NCBI RefSeq assembly: GCF_001194135.2
Contig: NC_068995.1
Coordinates: 30,823,272 to 30,887,271, forward strand
Direction: 5' to 3'
Origin: Octopus bimaculoides
Taxonomy: Eukaryota
Length of the DNA stretch: 64,000 nt
The position numbers were made by a program, and so were the translations under genes. Under the pieces are notes generated by a model, which saw nothing but the letters and a program-made list of their open reading frames with translations, did not search any database and was not told the DNA's origin. This document shows, one piece after another, positions 23,581 to 36,258 of the stretch. Position 1 is the first letter of the stretch. Every line of letters starts with the position of its first letter.

Positions 23581-26500
23581 AATGGTTTTAATAAATTCAT
23601 GCAGAAAAAGCAAGCATTATACCGTCTAGCATAAATATATGTCAACTTCATTATATCTTTTCTGTAAAAACCAATTCTGATATTAAATGAATTAACTTTC
23701 TGTACAAATGTTTACATTTGTATGTCATTTTTCAACAAAAAAAATTCCCCCAAAATTCTGGAAACAATCTACTCATGAAATTTATGCAACCCCTAAAGCT
23801 TATTTTTGTTTTTGCGAAAAAAAGTGCATAAATTACATGGGTTTTTATGGTGTGTTGCACCAAAAACCAATAGTTTCTCTCATGGTAACTACCGCAGTAT
23901 AGTTTGTTCTAATAGAACATCCATGTTTAAGTGGGAATAAATATTACCTCTTGGTATTAATACTGCTGCTGTTGCTAATAAACATAGTGTTGGTCTTCTT
24001 TTTATTTCCATCTGTTAAGTTCACCCACAAGGCTTTGGTTTGCTTGTAGCTATACTAGAAGACACTTGCCCAAGGTGCCATGCATTCCTATTGAACCTGG
24101 AACCATGTGGTTAAGAAGTGAACTAGTTAATCATACAGCCTTGCCTGCACCTGGTTAGGAAGCAAGCTACTTAATACAGCCATGCATCATTATATTTTTA
24201 TATAAATGTGTGTTTGTGTGCATGTTTTCGTCTCCTTGTCTTGACATGACATGATAGTTGTAAATGTGTATCACTATCAAACAAGTGGTATTCTTCAATT
24301 TATCCATAGTCACATCAATAGACTGTCAATAAAAGTAAACTTCGAGAACATTCTAACAGATATATTGACTCAAGAAGTATTTAATGAGACCTCTCGGTAC
24401 AACATTTTACTTGAGATGGGAGAAACCTACAAAGGCTGCTTATCATCATCATCACTAGCTTCATGTAGCTTACTCTCTTTGAGAATACTAGTTTTCTCGT
24501 TAGTATTTGGTGATATAGTTGTGTTGATGAATATGTTTAATTGGAAAGTTATACAATGTATTTGTTGATATTTTTTAGTTTCCCTCTCTTCTCCTTCCAT
24601 TTGATGGGCTTACCTACATATCAGTCTATCTCCAGTGATCTCTATGAAGCCTAACTTTCTCAATTAGCCTCAAATTATCCTTTTTTGTAGGATTTTATTA
24701 AAATTGTTAGTGATCATGCAGCTCTTCTTCAAGAACCTGTTCTCCCCCCACCCCTGTGCATTCTCTCATACTGTAACCTCTCATCATCCTCTAATATCAA
24801 ACTGCCCCCCTTCTTTGAGGTCCAGTCTTGCAAGCTGCATGGTAACCTCAATAGTGTTGGTGGCACAAAAAATAGCATCCAGTACATGCTGTAAAGTGGT
24901 TGGAATTTGGAAGTGCATCCAGCAGTACAAGCCATGTCAGAGCATGATGAAATCCTTGGGTCCATCAGATCTCATGCCAGTATGGAACAAGGATGTTAAA
25001 TAAGATGATGCCGTTAGAATTTGGGACCAATCTCAAAGCCTGATTATGTTGTGCTTTGTATTTCTATTTGAAGATTCATTTCCATAAGTTTGTGACAAAA
25101 ATTCTTATAAGTAGCAATTTAAACACTGTCTTTAATTGAAGATAAAGATATTTCAAGATATTAGATATGATAAATGATGTTTTCCTAAATTTGTGTGGTA
25201 CTTCAAAATCAAATGGTTAGATACTTCATGGTTTTGAATTCAGTACACTGCATGGCACCTTTGTTGACCATTTTCCATCACAGCCTCTGGTTGGCCAAAG
25301 TTTTGTCAGTGAAATTTGGTAAACAAACATGACTCACAATCTTAATACATGTGTTTTAAATCTTTTTCGTAGTTTCTTTTTACATGTGTAGTGGTACATG
25401 TTTTGGTTGTTGCAGTGTAATGAAAAATTTATTCCTGACATTTTATTAAATACTAAAAGCATAATTCTGGCAACTCTATTTTTAGATGTAGTATTTAGAT
25501 TTGATTTGAATAGATTAGAGAGAACTAATGGGAGAATAGCTGGTGTTTGAAAGCTGGAATGTAAATAGTAATTCTAGTGTTAACACATGTTGATGATTCA
25601 ATGTGTTGTTGTTCAGAGTAACCAACCTCTTACTGCAATAGTTATGTCTGGTAGTAATAGTGGTAGTAGTAATTAAAAACAATAAATTGCTGGAATTAAA
25701 AAATAAAGATAAAATACTTTGTTTGAATTTTCATTTTTATCTAGAATATGAAACACAAATAATTGCAATTATGTATTTAATTTTTAATTTTACTTGAAAA
25801 AAAATATTGTAAAAACAAATGCTGTGTTTTCACTCAATATAAACATTATTATGAGTGATAGTGGTTTTATAGCTTGTTCCTATTTTCTTTCAAAAAGATC
25901 TTTTTTGATTTTATTTGCTTTTGATAAACTTTTTAGACTTAGAACCAAATTCTTTATGATTTTTTAATTTGTTCAACTGATAGCTATATTTCCTTATTGC
26001 TTTTTTCTGAGTTAAATCAGTTTTCCAATACCAGATTAGATATAATCATTTATGCCAATATGGATACATGTATAGTAATGGAGCATGACTATTTTGTAAA
26101 ATATTTTTTACCATGTAACTACTTGGGTCCTATTATTATTTAATGAACAGTGACAGATGATAGATTTTCAACAGATTACAAGCAGATTGCCTTAGGAAGT
26201 AACAAATTATATTTTAAGATGTTTTAGTTTCAAAACTGTTTACTTCTTTCACATATCTACTGTTTTCTATTAAAGAAGTAAAAAGTAGAATCAACTTTCC
26301 TTAGTTCTCAGCTTGTATTGATTTTTATTAGCTATCTCAATTATTTCTGTAATACTCACTCACTGTCTGAAACCATCAAAATGAGCTGCTAAACTTATTC
26401 AAAAAACAGTTGAATCGTACCCTTCTATTTATAATAAAAAAATGCATTGAATAATATAGTCCTAAAATACACTATACTTGCAAAAACAGAATGAAAAAGA

Positions 26501-27104
26501 ATGGTTACAACTAGAACACCTTTGGAGTTCAGGGGTTAACCAAGGCCTAAATAATCTTAGCAAATATTTAGACAAGCAATTTACTCTTCAAAACTTATAC
26601 AAAACAATTATGTACTTTATACTTTTCATTATAAATATTCTCTCTCTAAACCATAAAGAAAGCTAAAGGAAATGGTATTGATTCTTAGAATTTATCCTGA
26701 GGCTAATTCCCTTTTTCCCCATACTTAATTCTAAAATTTGTTTTTCTAAATATTTAAACTCTTAGTTTTTATTTAATTTTTATGAACTAAAGAATGTTGA
26801 GATACGAGTTGTTGCAATTTAACTTTTTTGATATCAAACTGCTTGAGATCATCTTTGGTTGTATGATGCCAACTTCCTTTTTAAAGTGATCTAAATTAAA
26901 ACCTTCAACCTTCCATCAAAATTTAATGTTTCAAGCCAGCTTAGTAATAAAATTATTTTACTAAATTCGTTATTTTCAAAAATTAATTGAAACAAAATCG
27001 GTGTTATTTCAATAGAGATAGGGTAACAAAAGGGTTAATTACTGACAAGCACATGCCTTAGACTTGATAGTAATAGCTACCAAACCCGATTACATTGTTG
27101 TTTA

Positions 27105-27435
27105 ACCTTGTCTCAGTGGTTAGAGTGTCAGGCTCAAAATAATGAGGTAGTGAGTTCGATTCCTGGACTGGGAAGTGTGTTGTGTTCTTGAGCAAGACAT
27201 TTTAATTTGGGTTATTCCAGTTCACTCAACTGTAGAAATGAGTTGCGATGTCACTGGTGCCAAGTTATATCAGTTGTTTGTCTTTGCCTTGGATGACATC
27301 AGTGGCATGGAGAAGGGAGGCTGGTATGCATTGACGACTGCTGGTCTTCCATAAACAACCTTGCCTGGACTTGGAGGGGAACTTTCTAGGTGCAATCCCA
27401 TGGTCATTCATGACCAAACGGAGTCTTTACCCTAG
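27105..27435 (+). mobile_element. Second tRNA-derived SINE family
   Basis: A box (tctcagtggttagag), B box (gagttcgattcc), then 'ttgtgttcttgagcaagaca...ttccagttcactcaactgtagaaatgag', a typical SINE central domain. Confidence 0.7.
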
Positions 27436-29349
27436 CCCTAGGTCAAACCTGATTGAACAAACTATGATTTTCTTCAGACACTGTAACCAGAACTACATTA
27501 CCAATTTTTTTTCAGATGGTAGGATGTGGATTGAAAAAGATTTGGCTATTTCTAGCAGGTTAACCTTGCCATTACATCTTCATGTCATTACACTACTAAT
27601 GGTGTTAGATGTGTTGATGTAGCTAATACAATGTGAAATTTTTTCTATAACTTAAGACATGCCATCATTACTGGACATGACTTATTTTAATAAATGGTAC
27701 TATCTTAACAGCTCATCTAGAACTGTCCCTGATACAAACTTTCTCTTTCAAGTGGCCTAAATCAAAGCCGTCCATCAGAATTTTATGTTGATTTGTTCTA
27801 AGCACCAGTTTAATAATGACAGTTATTTTACTAAATTCTTCATTATTTAAAAATTAATAGAAACAGAGAGAAATGTAAAAGCAAGAGAAATATGGAGCTG
27901 ATTTCAAAGATTCTTTTGTTTGAATTTTGTCTTTTTGTTTTCCTGGTATTCCATAATGTATGATGTGGTGAGATGTTGAGGTGTGGAGCTCTGATGTGAT
28001 AATCAAAGTTACTAAGTTAAATTAGTATTGACAAAGACTAAACTTAAAAAGTCTAAACAAGAATTATACCTAATTTCTTTATTTTCTGTCATTGATTTAA
28101 TAAGGCCAACAAAGCTGTTAGGAAGAATTGGTTAAATAGAAAGTTGCTTAGAGTTGGGCAGAAAGATGGTATGATTAAGTATTGGTTAATAAAATAAAAA
28201 ATACATTGCTTTGTTGACCACAGCATAAATTGCTTATTTTTTCTTTTGTTCTTTAGTTGGGGATGAAGATAATACCCATAGTCCATTACATGGCCTACAA
28301 AACTGATGGGAGGGAGGGCAGAAAGTAACCTCAAACTGGAAACCTGGCTGCAACAAAAAATGTTGGGTATTTTGAACTCAGAATGCAAATACCACAAGGC
28401 ATCAGTCAAATGTTTCAAGTTTCACTAATCAACTGCCTTAATTGGTATTTTTATTGGCCTCAGTGGAATTTGAACTCAAAGCACAGAATTGAAACATTAC
28501 AAAGCATTCTGTTTGACACTCCAATGACTCTGCCAGTTTGCTGAGATATTAGTGCTTAAATTTTGTTTTTCTCATGAAAAATGAACAAAGCTGAGAAATG
28601 ATAAAAATACATAAATAAGCATTTGTAGATGTTGTCAGACCTTGATGCAGTTTACTGAGTCATTACTTGTGACAATATTTTAGTAATGAAAGGAATTCTC
28701 TTCTCAAAGTACTAAATTAAGTATATAGAGGAAGATTGAATATACCTATAAGGACTAACTACTTGTTGCCCCTAATCAGTCTTGATTAAGCAGACCAGTA
28801 ATCAAGTGTTCAACCTGTGACTTAAGGTAATGTGCATCTTAAACAACATTGTCTTATATGTACTATTTCTTTTAAGATGGTAGAGTGAGATTCCTTAGGG
28901 ATTTGATTGCTGTTTTCAGCAGACTGAGTGATTACAGAGAGGTTCCTTCATTGGTGTTTATAAAAGATGGGGCTAAGGATGAACTCTTGCAAATAAATAA
29001 AATTAAAAACCAAAATTGAGAGAGAGAAGAGGTTACTCTGAGTTTTCATGGCTTGATATATTAGTATCATCAAGGATTTATGAATGTGTCAAACTTTTTG
29101 CTTTTAAACATTTTCATGATATACAATTATAGTTAGTATGAATTTGTACTTTGAGAGAATAAGTGGTAAATCTAGAAACATCTTTTTATCATTAATAGTG
29201 CTAACATTTGTAGATCTTCCTTTGCTTTTACTATGAAGACTATCATCATCTGTATAACCAATATTATTGACATTTTGTCCTCTTCTCTAAATCTGGTTGA
29301 TGTTCATTAGATCACATAATTACTTCACCGTATAGTGGAAAATTGCCTA

Positions 29350-30110
29350 GTAATAACTAAGTTCCTTGTTATACTCATTTGATTTCCTCTCAATTTCATT
29401 TCCAATTCTGATTGCTGCTGTTTGTTGCCAACATATATTTCTGATTATTCCTGAGTCTTGTCCTTCTAGATTTATATTGTCTAACAGTGTAGTGACTTCT
29501 TCATGGCATACTTGTTCAAATACTTTTGTGCAATTTATGAAACAGGTACAGGTCTTGTATTTCAATCACTTTTTCAATGATATACTTCAATGTACATGAC
29601 AGTAGCTGTTCTTTTACCCTCAACAAATTCACTTTGTGCTTCTGATATCTCAGGCTTGATTCTATTTCTGGATCTGTGCAGCAGAACTTTTAACAAGATT
29701 TTTGTGATATAGCTCATTAGGCTAATGGCTCTTTGTAGCTCCCATTCTATTGCCCCAGATTTTGTGGAAGGTGCTTTAAAGATTGATTTGGACATAAGTT
29801 TGGCAGACCTTCAAAGCATTTCTGCTTTAGTTAGGCCTCACAAAATTTTGCCAAAACTGCATCACAGAGCTGAGGTTTCTTGTTTCTGGCCAGAAAATAT
29901 CCCAGCTCTGATCAGTTACTAACACTCTTCATTGTAGTATGACGTGCACGAGGTAGTGTTACTACATGCAAACAGACCATACTTAAAGAAAGGACTATTT
30001 TATTGGTTCTTAATAGCCTACGTTTAATCTAAGTGGTTTTTATCTGTAAACATTGACGTTCAGATGATTAAATTGATCATCAACCACACCAATCTCACTA
30101 GTGTAGGACA
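29350..30110 (-). mobile_element. Degenerate RTE (BovB-like) RT fragment
   Basis: ORFs 29574..29795 (RAISLMSYITKILLKVL...EISEAQSEFVEGKRT) and 29347..29565 (CFINCTKVFEQVCHEE...IIRNICWQQTAAIRIGNE). Confidence 0.75.
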
Positions 30111-30503
30111 GTCTGTCACTCCTCCTTCTACTGATTAATTAATAATAATAAAAACAAAGGTCTTTACAGAGACAACATAAAGGAAATTACTTTGAACACT
30201 AACAAAAGACTGGTATTGATTTATTAGATTGTGAAGGATAAAAATAAAAATAACTGAAATCTCAACACTAATATACATACCTTATACTTTATACTGTAAT
30301 ATATGTACGACTGTGTGTGTGTGTGCATATATATATATNNNNNNNNNNNNNNNNNNNNNNNNNNNNNNNNNNNNNNNNNNNNNNNNNNNNNNNNNNNNNN
30401 NNNNNNNNNNNNNNNNNNNNNNNNNNNNNNNNNNNNNNNNNNNNNNNNNNNNNNNNNNNNNNNNNNNNNNNNNNNNNNNNNNNNNNNNNNNNNNNNNNNN
30501 NNN

Positions 30504-30541
<38 letters not shown>

Positions 30542-31077
30542 ACATGCACATATATATTTGTGTTAAGGCATTTGATGTAAAAGCCATATCAAAGCTGCTG
30601 ACACTGAAGTATGATACAGTTTTTGGGTTATCAAATCCTGTCAAATCATCAACCCCATTCCAGCATAGAGCATGGATGTTAAATGATGGTGATGTTCGCA
30701 CACACAAGCATATGTGTATATGTATTTGTATGTTTGTGTGTGTATGTGCACATGTCTGCATGGATAAATATGTATCTATATATGTATATACACACACTCA
30801 TGCACATACGTAAAAATTGTCATACATTGTAAAATGATTTTCTTTTGTTTCAAAATATGTATGAAAAATTAATTATATTTTTATTGTTAAAAAAGTTATT
30901 AGCAAAAATGAACATCATTAGGATTTATTTTCATATATCTGTATGTACACCTTTGGAAAATATTGCATATACTTGTTGCAAAATAGTTGTTAGGGTTTTT
31001 TTTCTTTTTTATATATACTGTTTGATGTGTTTTATTATTTTGGAATTGACTTATTTAAATGTTGTTTTCTACTTTAG

Positions 31078-31179
31078 GAAATAGGTTACATACCCGATAA
31101 AGTAAAGAAAGCTGAGAAAAGAATTTCTGCATACCCCTATGATACTGAGGCATGGAGTGTTCTAATCAGAGATGCCCAG
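31078..31179 (+). CDS. CSTF3: CSTF3 coding exon 2 ([34 protein letters not shown])
   Basis: ttttctactttag|GAA...CAG|GTAAGT, 102 nt, phase 0. Matches the CstF-77 N-terminus (human recalled as [34 protein letters not shown], same length). Confidence 0.95.
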
Positions 31180-31674
31180 GTAAGTCTCTTTCTACAAATT
31201 AAACTTTCTTTGCTCTCTTTATTTTCTGTTTTATTGAATTAACTGTTTACATAATCTGATTTTCTCATTTTTTAAATACCGTGCTATTAATGTTGTTGCA
31301 CTGTGTATATAAAAAATTGTTTATTATTGTAAATATATTGATGATTGATTTATCAGCATCATTCTAATTTCTATTTTTCCATACTTGCATAAGCAATTAA
31401 TATTTCTTTCATGGCTAGACATATTTTCACTGAAGGTCAGAAGTAAATGATACTGCTCCTCTGACAGTGATGCTCATTTACAACTATCATCTGATGTCAA
31501 GACTGTGAGACAAACACATTCATGCTTTTAGTTTCTGTCTACCAAATCAATAGGTGTTGTAATTTGATACTCTTTCTGGTTTCTGTTAAATTAGTTGTGT
31601 TGCCACTCATTGGTTGTAACTTGTATATTCAGATGTGTACATGAATACCAATGAACTGATACCTAATTAATTAT

Positions 31675-32070
31675 AGGTTGCTGTGTGGTTAAGAGGTTAC
31701 TTCTCAGCCGTTGTGTTCAGTCCCTCTGTGTGGCACTGTGGGCAAGTGTCTTTTACCAGCTTCAGGCCAATCAAAGCCTTGTGAGTGAATTTGATAGATG
31801 GAGACTGAAAGAATACCATTTGTGTGTATGTGTGTGTGTGTGTGTTAGTCTCATCTTGACATCATGTAATATATGTAAATGAGTCACCCTTTTGCAAGCC
31901 ATGACCTTTGTTTCTAATTTTTTTAAAAACCTATTTGACTATGGGAAATATTGCCTTGCTTGGAAACAGGTGAAGGTTGTAACTGGAAGGGCCATAGAAA
32001 ATTTACCTCAAGAATTTTGTCCAACCCACATGAGCATAGAAATATGGATGTTAAAACAATGATGATTATA
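31675..32070 (+). mobile_element. Degenerate SINE variant with an RTE-like tail
   Basis: SINE head (gctgtgtggttaagagg...tgtgttcagtccc...gggcaagtgtc), internal (TG)n, and a 3' end 'ccaacccacatgagcatagaaatatggatgttaaaacaatgatg'. Confidence 0.6.
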
Positions 32071-33010
32071 AACAATGGAAGGTTATTGAACCTACCTCAA
32101 ATTCATGCCATCCCTATATGAGGTCTGTGAGATTGTACCAGATCTATTTGTACCTCATACACTCTACCATTACCCATTCTGTACAACCAGTCATCAGTTT
32201 CTCTTTTATTCAAGCCATGTAGCCTTGGGTGAACAAACACATCATAGTGTAGTGAGGACTCTTTAGTTTTATGGGGTTCCAGGCAACTGGCAAACAGGTG
32301 AAAACAGTGTAGGGGTTGTAGGACCATTTAGTCTTGTTAAAGACCTGACAACCTATCTATTGCTAGTGCCATGATAAAATGTGCCCCATATATTGTTTAA
32401 AGTGATTAGTGTTAGGAACAGTATCTAACCATAGAAACTAAGCCAAAAGTGAAACATGTGAGACCCGATCCTCTGATTTTTCCAGACAGTAACTCTGAAT
32501 AAGAACTAACTTGGATTGAAATGACCCATCCAATCTGTGCCAGCAAGGAAAGTAGCTGTAAAATAATGATGAGAACCTACTGTCTTGTGAGTTGGGAGGC
32601 ATCCCAAGTCTATGTTTAGAACCAGATGCTGAACACTAGAGAATCTTGACTAAAAAGTAAAGAACTGATTTAATTAAAGTCTAATTCACCTCTTAAGTCA
32701 ATGTTGCTGACTAGCTGCTCATTTCTTCACAATTTTGGTTGGAATTGTGTTGTACCTGAGTTAACTTTCTATTCTTGGGGAATAGATTTAGATACTTTCA
32801 ACATTTTGATGTAAGATATCTCAAATCTTAAACATATCAGATATTCTGAGTTTTGTAGAAGTATGCAGCAAGTTTTGTGCAGATTATCATGTCTGTTTCC
32901 TATGCATTGATAGTAGATAATTGAGAATGAATCAAACATGATTTACTTATGCATCTTTGTTCTATATTGACATTTTCAATATGACTGTCATTAAGTTGTC
33001 TCTTATATTG

Positions 33011-33140
33011 TCCCCAAGACACCGGATGAAAGCTGGAGGGTATATCATCCGAAACGTGTTAACAACAAACAAGATGAGGACAAATATCCGTCAAATGTAA
33101 AATAATGTACATAATTCCTCATCTCTTAAATATAGAACTG
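33011..33140 (+). mobile_element. Solo Penelope terminal-repeat fragment with a degenerate hammerhead motif
   Basis: Closely matches 52877-52998; reads ACAC-CGGATGA-AAGCTG-..-CATCC-GAAA-CGTGT. Confidence 0.75.
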
Positions 33141-33498
33141 TGTGTCAGACAACTTCGTCCAATTCTTAGACTTATTCTGTCCTTGAATGCCATTTACTAC
33201 AAAGATTAGCAATATATACCAAAGCCTAAATGCAAATTTCTCTATTAGATTCTTAAGGTCTTAAAAATGTTTGTTTAGTTAAAGGCATAGTATTTAGAAC
33301 TAATCATCATCGCAGTCAATTACATGAGCAAATATGTGGTACTATTCTTCATGGGTAGATAAATCATGAAAACTGACACTTTTACAATGAAACAGCTGTT
33401 GCTGATATGAACTCCTGACTCTCGCTTATCTGGATGTTTTGTGTCCATTTTTTGTATCACCTAACTGTCTGGATGTTTTGCGTTCTTGTCCCATTTTG

Positions 33499-33533
<35 letters not shown>

Positions 33534-35218
33534 GCGTACATACACTTTGGTCTCTTATATGTAAGTATATATCTAAATTTTGTATGACTCTTTCACGCTT
33601 ACTTCGTTCATTCCACTCTTCGTTCTTTTGTTCCCCATCTCTTGTATTTCCTTGCCTTCTCTCCATGCTCACTTTCCCTCCACTTTTCACTTCATTGTGT
33701 CCGTCATTTTTTCTCGCCCCTCCTTATTTCTTCTGTCCCGCTACCTCTCTCTCTTCTCTCCCCGCGTGACCGGTATTCGGTCAAGCCTGACCTTTCTTTC
33801 TTGGTTCGGCCATCGTCCGTGCAACATCTATATTCTTCCCTGTGCCCGTCAAATCTTATATCCCTGCTGTAAGGCTTTACTTCCACACACACCAGCTTAA
33901 TTTAATTCGACCTTAGTTGAAAGACACCTGTTGTTATGTCCTGTTATTTATATTTGTATAACATTCTCCATTTTTTTCTGTCCTTGTTTTCATATACATT
34001 CGCTGCTTTCTTCCAAGGAATCAAATGCTCTTAGCTTAGTTTTTCCTTGGGGCTGGCCAGATTGGAGCAATCTCGAGTATAACCAGCCGAAATTGCAAAG
34101 ATAATCTGGAACTCGGCTGAGGAAAGAAAACTCCAAATGACCCGTCCTTGTTTTATTTGTATCGTCTACCTGGATGTTTTGTTGTCCCTTTTTTGTATCG
34201 CCTNNNNNNNNNNNNNNNNNNNNNNNNNNNNNNNNNNNNNNNNNNNNNNNNNNNNNNNNNNNNNNNNNNNNNNNNNNNNNNNNNNNNNNNNNNNNNNNNN
34301 NNNNNNNNNNNNNNNNNNNNNNNNNNNNNNNNNNNNNNNNNNNNNNNNNNNNNNNNNNNNNNNNNNNNNNNNNNNNNNNNNNNNNNNNNNNNNNNNNNNN
34401 NNNNNNNNNNNNNNNNNNNNNNNNNNNNNNNNNNNNNNNNNNNNNNNNNNNNNNNNNNNNNNNNNNNNNNNNNNNNNNNNNNNNNNNNNNNNNNNNNNNN
34501 NNNNNNNNNNNNNNNNNNNNNNNNNNNNNNNNNNNNNNNNNNNNNNNNNNNNNNNNNNNNNNNNNNNNNNNNNNNNNNNNNNNNNNNNNNNNNNNNNNNN
34601 NNNNNNNNNNNNNNNNNNNNNNNNNNNNNNNNNNNNNNNNNNNNNNNNNNNNNNNNNNNNNNNNNNNNNNNNNNNNNNNNNNNNNNNNNNNNNNNNNNNN
34701 NNNNNNNNNNNNNNNNNNNNNNNNNNNNNNNNNNNNNNNNNNNNNNNNNNNNNNNNNNNNGTATTTGAATTTGAATGTTTTGCTTCTTATTAAAGGAACC
34801 TCACTGAATTCCTTTGATAATTATGATTTTATTCATCCCCAAACTGTTCCTTAATTGAGTTCACACACACACACACACACACACACAGCTTAAGACAAGC
34901 TACTGAGAAATCTATTGAGTTAGAAAAACTAATAGTGAAAATGTTTGGCATCTTAAGGAGCATTTTAACCATAAAACATTGACTACATAAATGGTTTTCA
35001 AGTTTTGTTTGCATGCATATTCATATGAGCATTTTATTTAGCAATGGATTTTTTTGGGAAAATTTATTTATGAAGACATAATCCTCATAGCAAATCCAAA
35101 TTAATTTTTTTGAATTTCTCGTTTCTGTTTTTGTTTGTCTAAGAAAGTCTATTAGTGTCATGTGAATTTTGTGTTTATTTTCAGATGAAAATGATTGGTT
35201 TTGTTTGTTTATTTTCAG

Positions 35219-35314
35219 ATGAAAATGATTGGAGATGCCCGAAACACCTATGAGAGGCTTGTAACACAGTTTCCTAATGCTGGACGCTATTGGAAGAGTT
35301 ACATTGAGCAAGAG
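35219..35314 (+). CDS. CSTF3: CSTF3 coding exon 3, HAT repeat region ([32 protein letters not shown])
   Basis: ttattttcag|ATG...GAG|GTTTAT, 96 nt, phase 0. Matches CstF-77 (human recalled as [32 protein letters not shown], same length). Confidence 0.95.
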
Positions 35315-35905
35315 GTTTATAAATCTTTGTTATATAGGAGCGTATCTCTACAATGGCTATCAAATGTACCTGACAAAACTTGAGATATATCTTTATATTA
35401 AGGCCCACCCCTCCATTATTGCAATGAAAGAGAAAATATACAGTTCAGTAATGTTTCCCAAGTATTTTTTGCTGCAGTTATAATTGTGTATTAGGCCATT
35501 GTTTTTATTTCTGATTAAAATGAGGTTTTGAAGTAAAAACAAAAAGGAAAAAGAAAAAAAGAAACAAAAACAAAAAGAAACAAAATGTGTAAGGATGTAT
35601 AAAAATATGTAATTCTAAAACTGTTTTTATTGGTTGGGATTGTTATTTTCTCTTTCTGATATCTTAGTACATAGAGTATTCATTTTAGTTTCCTGTATCA
35701 TCCTTCTCTCATTGTAGAATGTTTATCTGTTGCAGGAAGCTTTCTTATAAATGCCTGGTACTTACTCCCAGCAGCTAGAATTATTCTGCTCAGTGACTCA
35801 GTAAAATGCTTATAGCCAATGCAGACGTATAACCTGAGTAATTTAATACCTTCTCCATTTGGTTGTGTGAGAAATGCCTCTATACTTGTATATCTTATAT
35901 AGTAT

Positions 35906-36258
35906 GGCGTGGGCATGGCTGTGTGGCAAGTAGTTTGCTTCTTGATCACATGATTTCAGGTTCAGTCCCAGTGTGTGGCACTTTAGGCAGGTGTCTTCTA
36001 TTATAGCCCTGGACTGAAAGCCTTGTAAGTGGATTTGGTAAAAGCAAGCTGAAAGGAACCCGTCGTGTGTGCGTGCACGTGTGTGTAGTTTTGTGTTCCC
36101 AACCACTTGACAACCAATGTTGGTTTATGTCCCCATAACTTAGCAGTTCAACAAAAGAAGCCAATAGAACAAGTGCCAGACTTTAAAAGATAATTACTGT
36201 GATTGGTTTGTTCAACTAAATCCCTTTATGTCAATGCCAGAAGCAAGTAAAAAAATGA
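35906..36258 (+). mobile_element. tRNA-derived SINE
   Basis: Colinear with 13422-13808, from the head GGCGTGGGCATGGCTGTGTGG to the A-rich tail. Confidence 0.8.

Noticed and set aside
35195-35383. 62-aa ORF as a separate gene
   Set aside because: It is CSTF3 exon 3 plus intronic flanks; the read-through part is covered under the intronic poly(A) finding.
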